This document shows, in pieces, positions 36,046-45,998 of a stretch of DNA of 64,000 nucleotides. The stretch is from assembly GCA_043754535.1 (NCBI GenBank), contig JAYUUN010000084.1, forward strand, positions 1 through 64,000. Reading direction: 5' to 3'. The DNA is from Chloroflexota bacterium. Its GTDB lineage: Bacteria > Chloroflexota > Chloroflexia > QHBQ01. The notes below the pieces were generated by a model. That model worked only from the letters and a program-made list of their open reading frames with translations, was not told where the DNA came from and ran no database searches. Position numbers and translations under genes: made by a program. Each line of letters opens with the position of its first letter. Within the stretch, counting starts at the first letter, position 1.

Positions 36046-36095
36046 TTTAACAGGAGGTTAGCCAATCTTTAACGCGAAGTTAAGAAGGTGTTAAC
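36046..36095 (-). promoter_or_regulatory. Pho-box-like array of five TTAAC-type units at exact 11-bp spacing
   Basis: Units at 36046, 36057, 36068, 36079 and 36090, upstream of a minus-strand TAATAT at 36030-36035 and the phosphatase operon. Confidence 0.75.
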
Positions 36096-36216
36096 GTTTG
36101 TGCAGAAGGGTGGCCTGCATCAGTTTGGGCGAACAAATGTCTTTTTGGTATAATTAGGTGCTGGCATTAGCAATCTGCAAGCAGCAACCGCTAAGCGTAA
36201 GGAAAGAGGAAAGAAG

Positions 36217-36816
36217 ATGCAAGCTGCCCCAGAGCCGATCAATCGGCTGATCGAGGAGTTCACCAAGCTACCAAGCATCGGCCCGCGTAGTGCCGCCCGC
36301 CTGACCTTCTTTCTGCTGCGAGGTGACGGTCAGCAGGCCCAGAGCCTGGCAGAAGCGATCCTGGAGATGCGCGAGAAGATTCGCTTCTGCTCGATCTGCT
36401 TCAACATCACCGAACACGACCCCTGTGCCATTTGCGCCAACCCCAGCCGCGACCGCAACCTGATCTGCGTGTTGGAGGAGCCACTGGACGTGCTGAAGAT
36501 AGAAGGGACCGGCATCTACAAAGGTCTCTACCACGTCCTGGGCGGCGCGCTCAACCCCCTGGAGGGGATCATGGCTGACGACCTGAAGATCAAGGAGCTG
36601 CTCAACCGCGTGCGTAGCGGTGAGGTGGAGGAGGTAATCCTCGCCACCAACCCGAACATGGAGGGCGATGCAACTGCCATGTACCTGCAACGCCAGCTTG
36701 AGCCGCTGGGGGTCAAAGCCACCCGCCTCGCTCGCGGCCTGTCGGTGGGTAGCGACATCGAGTACGTAGACGAGGTGACGCTGACCCGCGCCTTCGAGGG
36801 TCGTAGGGCTATGTAG
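36217..36816 (+). CDS. recR: Recombination mediator RecR
   Basis: LPSIGPRSA, CSIC...CAIC, YHVLGG, ATNPNMEG and RLARGL motifs. Confidence 0.97.
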   Translation: MQAAPEPINRLIEEFTKLPSIGPRSAARLTFFLLRGDGQQAQSLAEAILEMREKIRFCSICFNITEHDPCAICANPSRDRNLICVLEEPLDVLKIEGTGIYKGLYHVLGGALNPLEGIMADDLKIKELLNRVRSGEVEEVILATNPNMEGDATAMYLQRQLEPLGVKATRLARGLSVGSDIEYVDEVTLTRAFEGRRAM

Positions 36817-37260
36817 CTACGTGCTGCGAAGCCGAGTGCAGGTGGTTGCGGCTATCGCTGGATGAGGCCATCGCTAGTAGGGTAGCCAGGTGCGGTAATC
36901 TACTTGCGTCCTAATCTAGCTTCGGCAGCAGGCTGAGTTAGCCGTTTGTGGCCCAGGTAGTAAATGCCAGAGGCAAGCACAAAGCTATGCTCCTTACGCA
37001 CCAGCTACCTGTCCAGGTACTTGAGCGGGCCAGCAGGTAGATGGCCTACTTCCTTCGCCCTCATGTAGTGTTGGGCGGCCAGGTGGGTGGGGGTAGTGGC
37101 GAAGCTGCCCTCCACGTCGGCAGTGGCGAACCTGCCGAGCAGGGTGAAGCAGCCGCTACTACCTTCTCCTTTAGCCAAGCAAACCTCCGTCGGCAATGCC
37201 ACCTACCAGTGCATCGCCCTTCGCAGCTTGCCCACCAGGCTGACCAGCCAGCGCAGCAGG

Positions 37261-39195
37261 TTACTCCTCTTTGTAGATGCGGACGCGACGAAATGGTTCG
37301 CGCCCTTTGCTGACGCTCTGCAAGTTGTAGCGTTCGGCCATCTGGTGTTGTAGGCGGCGGATATAGTTGTTCTGCGGGCTGAGTTCGACCGACTCGGTGT
37401 GGTTGTCCAGCAGGTTGCCAATCGCCTCCTCGGTCTCGTAGAGGGCAGAGGCCACCGGGTCTTGCTTCAAGTCAACTTCGAAGATGCTACCCAGGCTGCT
37501 CTGCATCTGAGCGACCGTGTTGCTCTTTAGCACGTAGACCGGCAGCCCCTCGGCCTCTGCCGACTTGATCGCAGCGGGCTTGCTGCGGTAGTAACTTTTG
37601 AGGGTCATCACCAAGTCTGCATCGTCCTGCCCATCGACGATAGTCGCTGGCACCCCGATGTTGACTATCGCCTCCTCCAGGCGGTTACGACTAATGCCAA
37701 AGGGCAGCAGGCGCAGCGGGCGGGTAGTAGTCCCCGGCACGTGAGGCAGCAGATCGCCCGCCTCCGGCTCTGGGGCAGCCTCTCTGATCTCCTCCCGCTG
37801 ATTGCGCGTGATCGGTACGGGAGCAGCAGTAACGTTGAGCGCGACTGCGTTGCTCAGCCGTGGGGCGGAGGGCGGTGGGTTGAGGCTGAAGGCGGGGGTA
37901 GGCGGGAGGCTACGCTGCTCGCCGACGACCGCTGTCCCGTGACTCTGGCGCGGGCTGACCGAGCGCACCCCCGGCTGACCCTGGGCCTGCTGGCGACCTT
38001 GCTGGCTCTTACGGCCACTGACAGGGCTAGGACTACGTCGCACCGCCAACTCGTCGCTCTCCATCATGCTGAGAACGTCCACCTCGCGGGTTTCGATGCT
38101 GCCGTCCTTCAGGCGGGTGCGAATCTCGGCGGGCATCTGCTGGCCGCGCAAGATCGCATCTACTGTTTCGGCCACGTTGACGTGCAAGGCCACCTGGTCA
38201 CGGTCGAGAATCTCTACCATCACGTCGAAGGTGGGCGGAGCCTTGCGCTCCAACACCGACTTCTGCGTACCCCGGCGGCGGGCCTCCTCGTCGCTGAGGG
38301 TGACGCTGCTGATCCCACCAATCAGGTCGCTGAGGGTAGGGTTCATCATCAGGTTTTCCAGCGTCGAGCCGTGGGCGGTGCCGACTAGCTGCACACCGCG
38401 CTCGGCGATGGTGCGGGCGGCCATTGCTTCCAGTTCGGTGCCGATCTCGTCAATGATGATCACCTCTGGCATATGGTTCTCCACTGCCTCAATCATCACC
38501 GCGTGTTGGCTGAGTGGGGTCTTGACCTGCATCCGCCGGGCGCGACCAATGGCCGGGTGGGGGATGTCACCGTCGCCTGCGATCTCGTTGCTGGTATCCA
38601 CAATGATCACCCGCTTCCGCATTTCGTCGGCCAGCACGCGAGCGGTTTCGCGCAGCATGGTCGTCTTACCCACCCCTGGCGGGCCGAGCAAGAGGAGGCT
38701 ACGCCCCGACTCTACCAGGTCGCGCAGGATGGCGATGGTGCCAAACACAGCCCGCCCGACGCGGCAGGTAAGGCCGACCACCAGACCCGCCCGATTGCGG
38801 ATGCAGGATATGCGGTGGAGAGTACGTTCGATGCCAGCCCTGTTGTCGTCGCCGAACTCGCCGATGCGCGAGACGACCGCCTGGAGGTCTTCGTCGGTGA
38901 TCTCCTGGTCGGTCAGTTCGATTTCGCGGCCTCGGTAGCGGGCTTCTGGCCTGCGCCCAAGATCCATCACGATCTCCAACAAGTCCTGGCGGTTGTTGAG
39001 GCGGGCAAGGGCTTCCTGGATTGGGATGGGGAGGGTGGCAAGCAGGAGATCGAGATCATCGGTCATCTCCATTTCGCCTTTGGAGCGTTCAGCCGGGTGC
39101 GTGCTATCGGTGGCTAGATAGCCTGGGCTAGTGCTGCTACCATAAGGGTTGTAGTTGTATTGTTCGCGGGACTCTCGGTACGTTGCGTCTGTCAT
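37261..39195 (-). CDS. SpoIIIAA/Ycf45-like AAA ATPase with a C-terminal R3H domain
   Basis: [32 protein letters not shown] and IRRLQH motifs. Confidence 0.9.
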   Translation of the reverse strand: MTDATYRESREQYNYNPYGSSTSPGYLATDSTHPAERSKGEMEMTDDLDLLLATLPIPIQEALARLNNRQDLLEIVMDLGRRPEARYRGREIELTDQEITDEDLQAVVSRIGEFGDDNRAGIERTLHRISCIRNRAGLVVGLTCRVGRAVFGTIAILRDLVESGRSLLLLGPPGVGKTTMLRETARVLADEMRKRVIIVDTSNEIAGDGDIPHPAIGRARRMQVKTPLSQHAVMIEAVENHMPEVIIIDEIGTELEAMAARTIAERGVQLVGTAHGSTLENLMMNPTLSDLIGGISSVTLSDEEARRRGTQKSVLERKAPPTFDVMVEILDRDQVALHVNVAETVDAILRGQQMPAEIRTRLKDGSIETREVDVLSMMESDELAVRRSPSPVSGRKSQQGRQQAQGQPGVRSVSPRQSHGTAVVGEQRSLPPTPAFSLNPPPSAPRLSNAVALNVTAAPVPITRNQREEIREAAPEPEAGDLLPHVPGTTTRPLRLLPFGISRNRLEEAIVNIGVPATIVDGQDDADLVMTLKSYYRSKPAAIKSAEAEGLPVYVLKSNTVAQMQSSLGSIFEVDLKQDPVASALYETEEAIGNLLDNHTESVELSPQNNYIRRLQHQMAERYNLQSVSKGREPFRRVRIYKEE

Positions 39196-39351
39196 CAGCA
39201 CCTCACGCTTTGGATTTAGCGAACGGCACATCCCCGCCGTTCGACTCAAATGTTCCTATGATCATTATAACCGACCAGGCAAGGAGCGGCTATTTGAACG
39301 CCGTTGGATTCGTACACCTTACGCCCGATCTTGCGCGTCAGCGGTTGGCAG

Positions 39352-40410
39352 CTAGTGGGGTTGGGGGTCGCGCTGGCTGTTGATTACCAGGCCACCCTGC
39401 ACAGGGACTGCTTCGCGGTTGGCGACCGAGCGGCGGGCAAAGAGCGGGTGGCGAGCCTGGGCGGGGCTGCGTACCCAGGTCGTAGTGTACTTGACCATTG
39501 CCACCTGGCGTAGGAGCGGACGAAAGCCATGACTTTCGAGGGCGGATTGCAAGCCGGGCTGGTAGTCGCGCAGGGGGATGTAGAGCGGCTTGTTCGCTCC
39601 CTGCCGTCGCAGAAGGTAGATCGCATGGTTCAGGGCAGCCTCCACCACCATTGGTTCGCAGTCAGCGGCGGCTAGCAGTTCGGCGACGTGGCCGCCCGGC
39701 CCACTAGCAGTGTGCAGGTAGGCCCGGATCGCGCGGCCATCATCCCACAGGTAGTTCTGGCTGGCATGCAATGGTGGTGGTAGGGGACGTGCGGTCTGCC
39801 AGTGGCTGCTGCTGTAACCCTCGGCGTGATGGACGGCGGTAGGGGTAAGGGCGAGATAGAGCTGGAACAAGGCCCATGCGTCGCGGCGGGCTTGTGGGCG
39901 GGGCAGGTAGGCGGGGACTGGCCCTTCCTTGCTGCGCTCGGCCAGCGACGGCTTGACCCAGATCGTCTCCTCGGCGTAGGGCTGAAAACCAGCCCGGCTG
40001 AGGGTAGCGATCAAGGATACATCGTCTGGCACGCGCGCAAAGAGGCGGGTGATCTCCTGCTGCCCAGCGGCTGCACTAACCGCTTCGAGCATCATCTCGG
40101 CAATCTCGTCGTTGTCGGGCAAGCCCTCGCGGATGCCCAGGCCGGTCAGCGTCCAGCTTGTGCCAGAGGCCGTCGCTCGCACATCTTGACACACGCTGAC
40201 ATAGGCGAGTACACGACTGCGGTGCAGCAGCACGTAGATGGGGTTGAGCGGCTGGCGATTGAACCCGCTGCTGTCGAGTAGGCGGCGGACGAAGCCCAGC
40301 GGCGAAGTTTGCCCTGCGATCAACGACTGTGGCGCATCAAGTTGTAGCACTGGCTGCGGGCCAGCGAAGCGCAGGCGGAGCAGGTCGAGTGGGCTGGCAG
40401 GGCGGATCAC
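39352..40410 (-). CDS. Hypothetical protein with a tandem GNAT-like fold
   Basis: Two acetyltransferase-like ends (LSRAGF, LESHGF); co-oriented with pdxT. Confidence 0.65.
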   Translation of the reverse strand: MIRPASPLDLLRLRFAGPQPVLQLDAPQSLIAGQTSPLGFVRRLLDSSGFNRQPLNPIYVLLHRSRVLAYVSVCQDVRATASGTSWTLTGLGIREGLPDNDEIAEMMLEAVSAAAGQQEITRLFARVPDDVSLIATLSRAGFQPYAEETIWVKPSLAERSKEGPVPAYLPRPQARRDAWALFQLYLALTPTAVHHAEGYSSSHWQTARPLPPPLHASQNYLWDDGRAIRAYLHTASGPGGHVAELLAAADCEPMVVEAALNHAIYLLRRQGANKPLYIPLRDYQPGLQSALESHGFRPLLRQVAMVKYTTTWVRSPAQARHPLFARRSVANREAVPVQGGLVINSQRDPQPH

Positions 40411-40412
40411 CG

Positions 40413-41117
40413 CTACTTGCCTTGCGAAGCTGCGGCTACCATGTCGAGAAACAGTTGATGGAAGCGACTGTCGTTGGTCAACTCTGGGTGGAAGGCAGAG
40501 ACGAGCAGGTTATCCTGACGAGCCGCCACTACTGGGCCACCATGGGCCAGGGTCGCCAGCACTTCTACGGCAGGGCCGACCGCTTCTATATAGGGGGCGC
40601 GGATGAAGACCATTGGGAAGGGTGCCGCACCCAGCCCTGCTATTGGTGCCTCGGTCTCAAAGCTGTCTAGCTGGCGACCGAAGGCGTTGCGCTTCACCCG
40701 AATGTCCATCACCCCAAAGAGGCTTTGCGGCTTACCGTCCATCAGGGCTGCACTGTCACCAAGGTCGTTGCTGAGCATGATCATGCCCGCACAGGTGCCG
40801 TAGACGGGGAAGCCGCCACGGGCCAGCTTGTGGATCGGCTCGGTCAGGCCATAGATGCCCGCCAGCCGCCCAATGGCTGTACTCTCGCCCCCAGGGATGA
40901 TCAGGCCGTCGAGGTCGACCAAATGCTCTGGGTGGCGCACCTCCACCGCTTCAGCCCCCAGGCGGCGCAGGATGGCGATATGCTCTGCGAAGTCGCCTTG
41001 CAAGGCTAGCACGCCGATCTTCAGGCTGGCAGCGGCACCATGCTGGGCTGGCTGAGTCTGCTTTGCACCAGACCCAGCCCGCCCGCCCTGTCCATTTGTT
41101 GGCTGCTCATTGCTCAT
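40413..41117 (-). CDS. pdxT: PLP synthase glutaminase subunit
   Basis: GVLALQGDF, PGGEST, GTCAG, RNAFGRQ and FHPEL motifs. Confidence 0.97.
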   Translation of the reverse strand: MSNEQPTNGQGGRAGSGAKQTQPAQHGAAASLKIGVLALQGDFAEHIAILRRLGAEAVEVRHPEHLVDLDGLIIPGGESTAIGRLAGIYGLTEPIHKLARGGFPVYGTCAGMIMLSNDLGDSAALMDGKPQSLFGVMDIRVKRNAFGRQLDSFETEAPIAGLGAAPFPMVFIRAPYIEAVGPAVEVLATLAHGGPVVAARQDNLLVSAFHPELTNDSRFHQLFLDMVAAASQGK

Positions 41118-41157
41118 ACTGCTCACTCCAAACCCCGCCCCTAAAATGCAGATCAGG

Positions 41158-42042
41158 TTACCAGCCGCGCACCGCCATGCGCTCCTCTTGAGGGAGGATT
41201 TGCAGGTTGATGCCAACCATCGCCTCGCCCAGGTTCTTGCTCACCTCGGCCAGCACGTTATAGTCGTTGTAATGGGTGACGGCTTCGACGATAGCCTTGC
41301 CCCGCCGGAAGGGGTCGCCCGACTTGAAGATGCCGCTACCAACGAACACGCCGTCTGCACCGAGGTGCATCATCAAGGCTGCATCGGCGGGAGTGGCTAC
41401 GCCCCCAGCAGCGAAGTTAACCACTGGCAGCCGACCACTGGTGGCGATCTCCTTGATCAATTCATAAGGCGCGCCAAGCTCCTTCGCATAAGCCATCCAC
41501 TCCTCGCTCGGCATATTCTGCAAGCGACGCACGCTGTCCATGACCGTCCGCATATGGCGAACAGCCTCGACCACGTTGCCAGTACCAGCCTCGCCCTTTG
41601 TGCGGATCATCGCTGCGCCTTCACCGATGCGGCGCAGGGCTTCGCCCAGGTCGCGGCAGCCACAGACGAACGGCACCTTGAAATCGTGCTTGCTGATATG
41701 GTGGCTCTCGTCGGCAGGGGTGAGGACTTCGCTCTCATCAATATAGTCCACGCCCAGGGCTTCCAGGATGCGCGCTTCGACGAAGTGGCCGATGCGGGCC
41801 TTTGCCATAACCGGGATGCTGACAGTATCAATGATCTCTTGGATCATCGCAGGGTCGCTCATGCGGGCTACTCCCCCCTGCGCCCTAATGTCGGCAGGCA
41901 CCCGCTCCAGAGCCATAACCGCGACCGCGCCAGCCTGTTCAGCAATGCGCGCCTGCTCGGCATTGACCACATCCATGATCACCCCGCCCTTGAGCATCTG
42001 GGCCAGCCCCTTCTTCGTTGTCCAGGTAGACTTCTCCATCAC
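41158..42042 (-). CDS. pdxS: PLP synthase lyase subunit
   Basis: [29 protein letters not shown] and [11 protein letters not shown] motifs. Confidence 0.98.
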   Translation of the reverse strand: MMEKSTWTTKKGLAQMLKGGVIMDVVNAEQARIAEQAGAVAVMALERVPADIRAQGGVARMSDPAMIQEIIDTVSIPVMAKARIGHFVEARILEALGVDYIDESEVLTPADESHHISKHDFKVPFVCGCRDLGEALRRIGEGAAMIRTKGEAGTGNVVEAVRHMRTVMDSVRRLQNMPSEEWMAYAKELGAPYELIKEIATSGRLPVVNFAAGGVATPADAALMMHLGADGVFVGSGIFKSGDPFRRGKAIVEAVTHYNDYNVLAEVSKNLGEAMVGINLQILPQEERMAVRGW

Positions 42043-42414
42043 ATAGCTCCTTCTTATTTTTAGCGGCGACGCTGCCGCTGCGCCCTGTCATTAGCAACAC
42101 GCGAAAGCAAACTGCGGTTGCAGGTGATTGCGAAGCAGGCCACAAGCGGCCCCGCTAACACACTATATTGTACCAGTTTTAGGGGGTTGGCGGCAAGTTA
42201 GGCGAGTGTGGAAGCAGCTAAGCCCGCGCACAAGCCAAAGCTACCCTGCGCCGAAGCAAAGTGTGTTGGTTAGTTGGTTATATCCTGCTAGCTCCTCTGC
42301 CATGATCAGATTATAACATAGTCCTGCGCTCTACCTTTGGCTGTGCAAGCGAGCGGCCTTGACTCTATATGCTATAATCCCCTATCACAAGCCACGAACA
42401 GGAGCAGATGACAA

Positions 42415-42906
42415 ATGGATAATAACCAGACAGTTGACGCAAAGATCATGGCAAAGAACGTAGCCGGTAGTGGCCTCAACGCAGAGATGTTGCAGAGCCT
42501 CTACGAGCGGATGCTGCGCGAACAGAAGCGTTACCACGACGAGGTGGATTATCTCGACCGCGAGGTGGCTGAGGGCGACGACCTAGTGCCAGAGCGCGGC
42601 GGGGTCAGCAACCACATCGCAGACGACGCTGACGAAGTAACCGAGCAGGAGAAGGACATGGCCCTGCGCCGCAACAGCGAGACGCTGATTGAACTGGTTG
42701 AACTAGCTCTGGGCAAGATGCAGGCTGGCAGCTATGGCAGGTGCGAGGTCTGTGGCAAGCAGATCGGCGAACGCTTGGAAGCGCGCCCCTACGCCCGCTA
42801 CTGCATCGTTGACCAGGCAAAGGAGGAGGCACGAGAGCGGCAGCAGGTCGCCGCCAACGCCCAGTCAGAGTACCTGCCACGCGTGGCGGGCAGCAGCGAG
42901 GAGTGA
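42415..42906 (+). CDS. TraR/DksA-family transcription factor
   Basis: NHIADDA coiled-coil tip; YGRCEVCG...ERLEARPYARYC. Confidence 0.88.
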   Translation: MDNNQTVDAKIMAKNVAGSGLNAEMLQSLYERMLREQKRYHDEVDYLDREVAEGDDLVPERGGVSNHIADDADEVTEQEKDMALRRNSETLIELVELALGKMQAGSYGRCEVCGKQIGERLEARPYARYCIVDQAKEEARERQQVAANAQSEYLPRVAGSSEE

Positions 42907-43682
42907 GCGTGACAGCCCAACCCGATCAGCCACAGCCAACAGCCCCCGCCACGCCAGCCGAGGACGCTGCCGCCCCAGCCAAGAGCGCAGAGCAGTTGCG
43001 GGCCGAACTTGAGGGCCTGCCAGACGACGAGTTGACCCGCCGCTATGAGTACCTGCCCCAACGCGCCCGCAACCAGAGTGCTGCCTCGTTTAACCTGCTG
43101 CCAGTGGGGGTGGCCCTGCTAGGCTTCTTCATCGATCAGATCATCAAGCTCTACACCACCGCCACCTTCCTCTACGACCCGGCGGTAAAAGAACCCGCTA
43201 GCAAGCGGGTGGAGTTGCTCGGTGAGTACCTGACCGCAGTTTATCGCCAGAACACCGGCGGGGCGTTCAGCCTCTTTCGCGACGCGCCCTGGCTGTTCAC
43301 CACCTTCGCCAGCCTGATCATCGTGGCTATCCTTGTCTTTATCTTCTTCTTTCCGCAGCGGGCCGCTGCCAGCACCTGGCTGGGCGTGATCCTGGGGCTG
43401 ATCCTTGGCGGGGCGAGCGGCAACCTGCTGGATCGCCTGCGTCTTGGCTATGTGATCGACATGATCGACTTCCGCATCCCCCAATGGGGCTTTCACTGGC
43501 CTACCTTCAACGTGGCCGACAGCCTGGTTGTAGTCGGTTTCCTCATGCTATTTGTCTACGTCTGGCGCGATAGTAGCAAGAAGCAGGCGGCGGAGCAGCA
43601 AGAGGGAGGGGTGGCACGTCCCTTGCACACGGTTAGTGAGCAATCAAACAGCGGGGGGAAGAATGATGACGCAGCAAAATAG
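42903..43682 (+). CDS. lspA: Lipoprotein signal peptidase II
   Basis: DQIIK, NTGGAFS, GNLLDR, VIDMI and FNVAD motifs. Confidence 0.95.
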   Translation: MSVTAQPDQPQPTAPATPAEDAAAPAKSAEQLRAELEGLPDDELTRRYEYLPQRARNQSAASFNLLPVGVALLGFFIDQIIKLYTTATFLYDPAVKEPASKRVELLGEYLTAVYRQNTGGAFSLFRDAPWLFTTFASLIIVAILVFIFFFPQRAAASTWLGVILGLILGGASGNLLDRLRLGYVIDMIDFRIPQWGFHWPTFNVADSLVVVGFLMLFVYVWRDSSKKQAAEQQEGGVARPLHTVSEQSNSGGKNDDAAK

Positions 43683-44136
43683 TGGGCCTGCCGATATCCA
43701 GGTGCGCGATGCCGAGCGCGACTTGCGGCCACAAGCAAGCCAGTTGCCCGCTGCCACTCGTGAGCGGCAGGAGCGTAGTATGTACAACTACGTCAAGTAT
43801 CTGAGCGAACAGCGCAGCCTGGATCGCAGCGTCACCGAACACCCGCTGGATGAGCAAGCGAACAAGGTTAAGCCCTGGGGGGTTCTCGGCCTGGTCGGCT
43901 TCCTGATCGGCACTTTTGTACTTGGCCTGGTACAAGCCTTCCGCAATGTGCGTGTCCCCTGGCAGAAGCAAGTAGATAACGTGCGGCTAGCGAAGGACTA
44001 CGCGAAGGAGAGCAAGCGGCTGGCAAAGGAAAGCCAGAAGCTAGCTAAACAGGCTAAGAGCTACGCGAAGCTGGCAAAGGATGAGGTGAAGGCCCGTACT
44101 GCAGCGGCTAAAGATCAGGCCGCCGAGCAGAGCTAA
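43663..44136 (+). CDS. Hypothetical single-TM protein with a Lys/Ala-rich coiled coil
   Basis: Overlaps the lspA end; one TM; AKE/AKQ heptads. Confidence 0.65.
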   Translation: MMTQQNSGPADIQVRDAERDLRPQASQLPAATRERQERSMYNYVKYLSEQRSLDRSVTEHPLDEQANKVKPWGVLGLVGFLIGTFVLGLVQAFRNVRVPWQKQVDNVRLAKDYAKESKRLAKESQKLAKQAKSYAKLAKDEVKARTAAAKDQAAEQS

Positions 44137-44846
44137 ACCACTAGTGGCAGTAGCTCCGTCAGGCTGTGGATCACCCGACAGTCGCTAGGCCGCCCACTCA
44201 TCTGATGGTGGCGGTCGATCAGCACCCCTTCGATGCCCGCCGAGCGCGCCCCCAGCACGTCTAGCACGTAGTTGTCACCCACATAGGCAACTTGGTCGGC
44301 CCGCAATCCTACCCGCCAAAGCGCAAGGTGAAAGAGGTCTGCGCTGGGCTTGCTCAGGCCAACGACTGCCGAGGAGATCACGAAGTCGCAGTGGTCGGCT
44401 ACACCCAGTGGCACGAGAATGTGTTCGAGCAGATCAACCCCCCAATCACTGACCACGCCCACGCCGATCCCCCGTTGGCGCAAGGCGATCAGGGTAGGTA
44501 GCACTTCTGGGTAGAGGTGCCAGCCCGCTGAACTATTGTTATGAACGTAGAGGCGGTCAAGCAAGCTGGGCAGATGATGTTCGGCCACGCCGCCATGCCG
44601 CAGCACAAGGCCGTAGAAGCCGTCCCAGAAGTGGCGCACCTTCGCCTCGCTGGCGAAAATGTCGTTCGGTAGGCGGCTATTGTCTAGTAGATAGGCACGG
44701 GTGAGGGGCAATGCTGCTTGCATCGCGGCCTGGTCGGGGCTGAGGCCGAACTCGGCGGCGACCTCGGCGCAGCGTTCGGGCAGGCCTGCGCTCAAGTTCA
44801 ACAGGGTAAAGCCCGCGTCGAAGAAAATCGCCGTGAACTTGCTCAA
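44133..44846 (-). CDS. HAD-family hydrolase
   Basis: FFDAGFTL, VVSDW, KP and VGDNYVLDV motifs. Confidence 0.9.
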   Translation of the reverse strand: MSKFTAIFFDAGFTLLNLSAGLPERCAEVAAEFGLSPDQAAMQAALPLTRAYLLDNSRLPNDIFASEAKVRHFWDGFYGLVLRHGGVAEHHLPSLLDRLYVHNNSSAGWHLYPEVLPTLIALRQRGIGVGVVSDWGVDLLEHILVPLGVADHCDFVISSAVVGLSKPSADLFHLALWRVGLRADQVAYVGDNYVLDVLGARSAGIEGVLIDRHHQMSGRPSDCRVIHSLTELLPLVV

Positions 44847-45976
44847 TGTTCACTCTCTGAGCTGGCCTGCTTATCGAGCGGCACCTGCTCCAACCGCCAC
44901 AAGCCTACACCTGCACACACCGCTGCCATCACCGCCAGGATACGTCCAACCAGCGGCCCTGTCCAGAAGATCGCCAGCCCAATAACACCAAGAGCGGTGG
45001 CGACCAGATAGATGAACATCACTGCCTGCTGGTGGCTGAGACCGAGGCGAACCAGCCGATGGCTGAAGTGATCCTTACCAGCGGTGAAGATCGAGATACC
45101 CCGCCGCCTACGCGATATCGTAACCAGCGTGGTGTCGAAGATTGGCACGCCGAGGACAAGGATGGGGACGAGCCAGGTGAAGTCGGTGCCGTTCGGCTTG
45201 AGCGGGAAGCGTACGATGATGCCGATCACTGCCAGGGTAAAGCCGAGGAACATACTGCCCGCATCGCCCATGAAGATACTAGCTGGGCCTTGCGGCTTGA
45301 AGTTGTAAAAGAGGAAGCCTAGGCACGCTCCCGCTAGCGCAGCAGCCAGTGGCGCGACGTAGGTCTGATCGTTGAAGACGGCGAGGGCGAAGAAGAAGCT
45401 ACTGGCGATAGCCGCCACCCCGCCCGCCAATCCATCCATGTTGTCCATCAGGTTGAGCGCGTTGGTAATGCCCACCACCCAAACTACCGTCACCAAGTTG
45501 TTCGCCAGCCCGTTCACCCAGGCGAGATCACCGCTAAAGAGGTGGAGGAAGTCTACTCGAATGCCAGTGGCGATCAGGCCGATGGCCGCTACCCCCTGAG
45601 CCAGCAGCTTCGCCTTGGGGGTCAGCCCCCACTTGTCATCGAACGCCCCGACTATCGCTAGCACTGTCGCGCCGAGCAAGATGCTGACTGTCTGCCAGAA
45701 CACGTAGCCAGAGCCAGAGGCCGCCTTCGCTAGACCGCCGAAGCCGACCAGCGCGATGATGAAGGCGACGTAGATCGCTATACCGCCTAGCAGCGGGATC
45801 GGGTTGAGGTGAATCTTGCGGGCATTGGGCGCATCCACCACGCCGAAGCGGTAGGCAAGGCGGCGAACAAGCGGCGTGGCCCCCAGCACTAGCACCAGCG
45901 ATGCGGCAAAGACTAGCAGATACTCCGGCACACGACCTCCTCTTGTGCGGGTAGATTGCAGGTTGGTGAGAGCCAC
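44843..45976 (-). CDS. WecA/TagO-like undecaprenyl-phosphate GlcNAc-1-P transferase
   Basis: RKIH...PLLGG, GAFDD, NALNLMDNMDGL, IFMGDAG and DHFSHRL motifs. Confidence 0.92.
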   Translation of the reverse strand: MALTNLQSTRTRGGRVPEYLLVFAASLVLVLGATPLVRRLAYRFGVVDAPNARKIHLNPIPLLGGIAIYVAFIIALVGFGGLAKAASGSGYVFWQTVSILLGATVLAIVGAFDDKWGLTPKAKLLAQGVAAIGLIATGIRVDFLHLFSGDLAWVNGLANNLVTVVWVVGITNALNLMDNMDGLAGGVAAIASSFFFALAVFNDQTYVAPLAAALAGACLGFLFYNFKPQGPASIFMGDAGSMFLGFTLAVIGIIVRFPLKPNGTDFTWLVPILVLGVPIFDTTLVTISRRRRGISIFTAGKDHFSHRLVRLGLSHQQAVMFIYLVATALGVIGLAIFWTGPLVGRILAVMAAVCAGVGLWRLEQVPLDKQASSESEH

Positions 45977-45998
45977 TGCTGCAATCTACCCCCATGCT

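Noticed and set aside
37138..37153. SRP RNA, suggested by CAGG...AGCAG near recR
   Set aside because: The 3-bp stem and GNRA tetraloop geometry of helix 8 are missing
37005..37353. Short ORFs in the recR-R3H gap
   Set aside because: No recognisable motif or clear RBS; the region is better explained as RNA structure
39241..39256. LexA box upstream of the R3H/AAA gene
   Set aside because: Only one GTTC half-site matches
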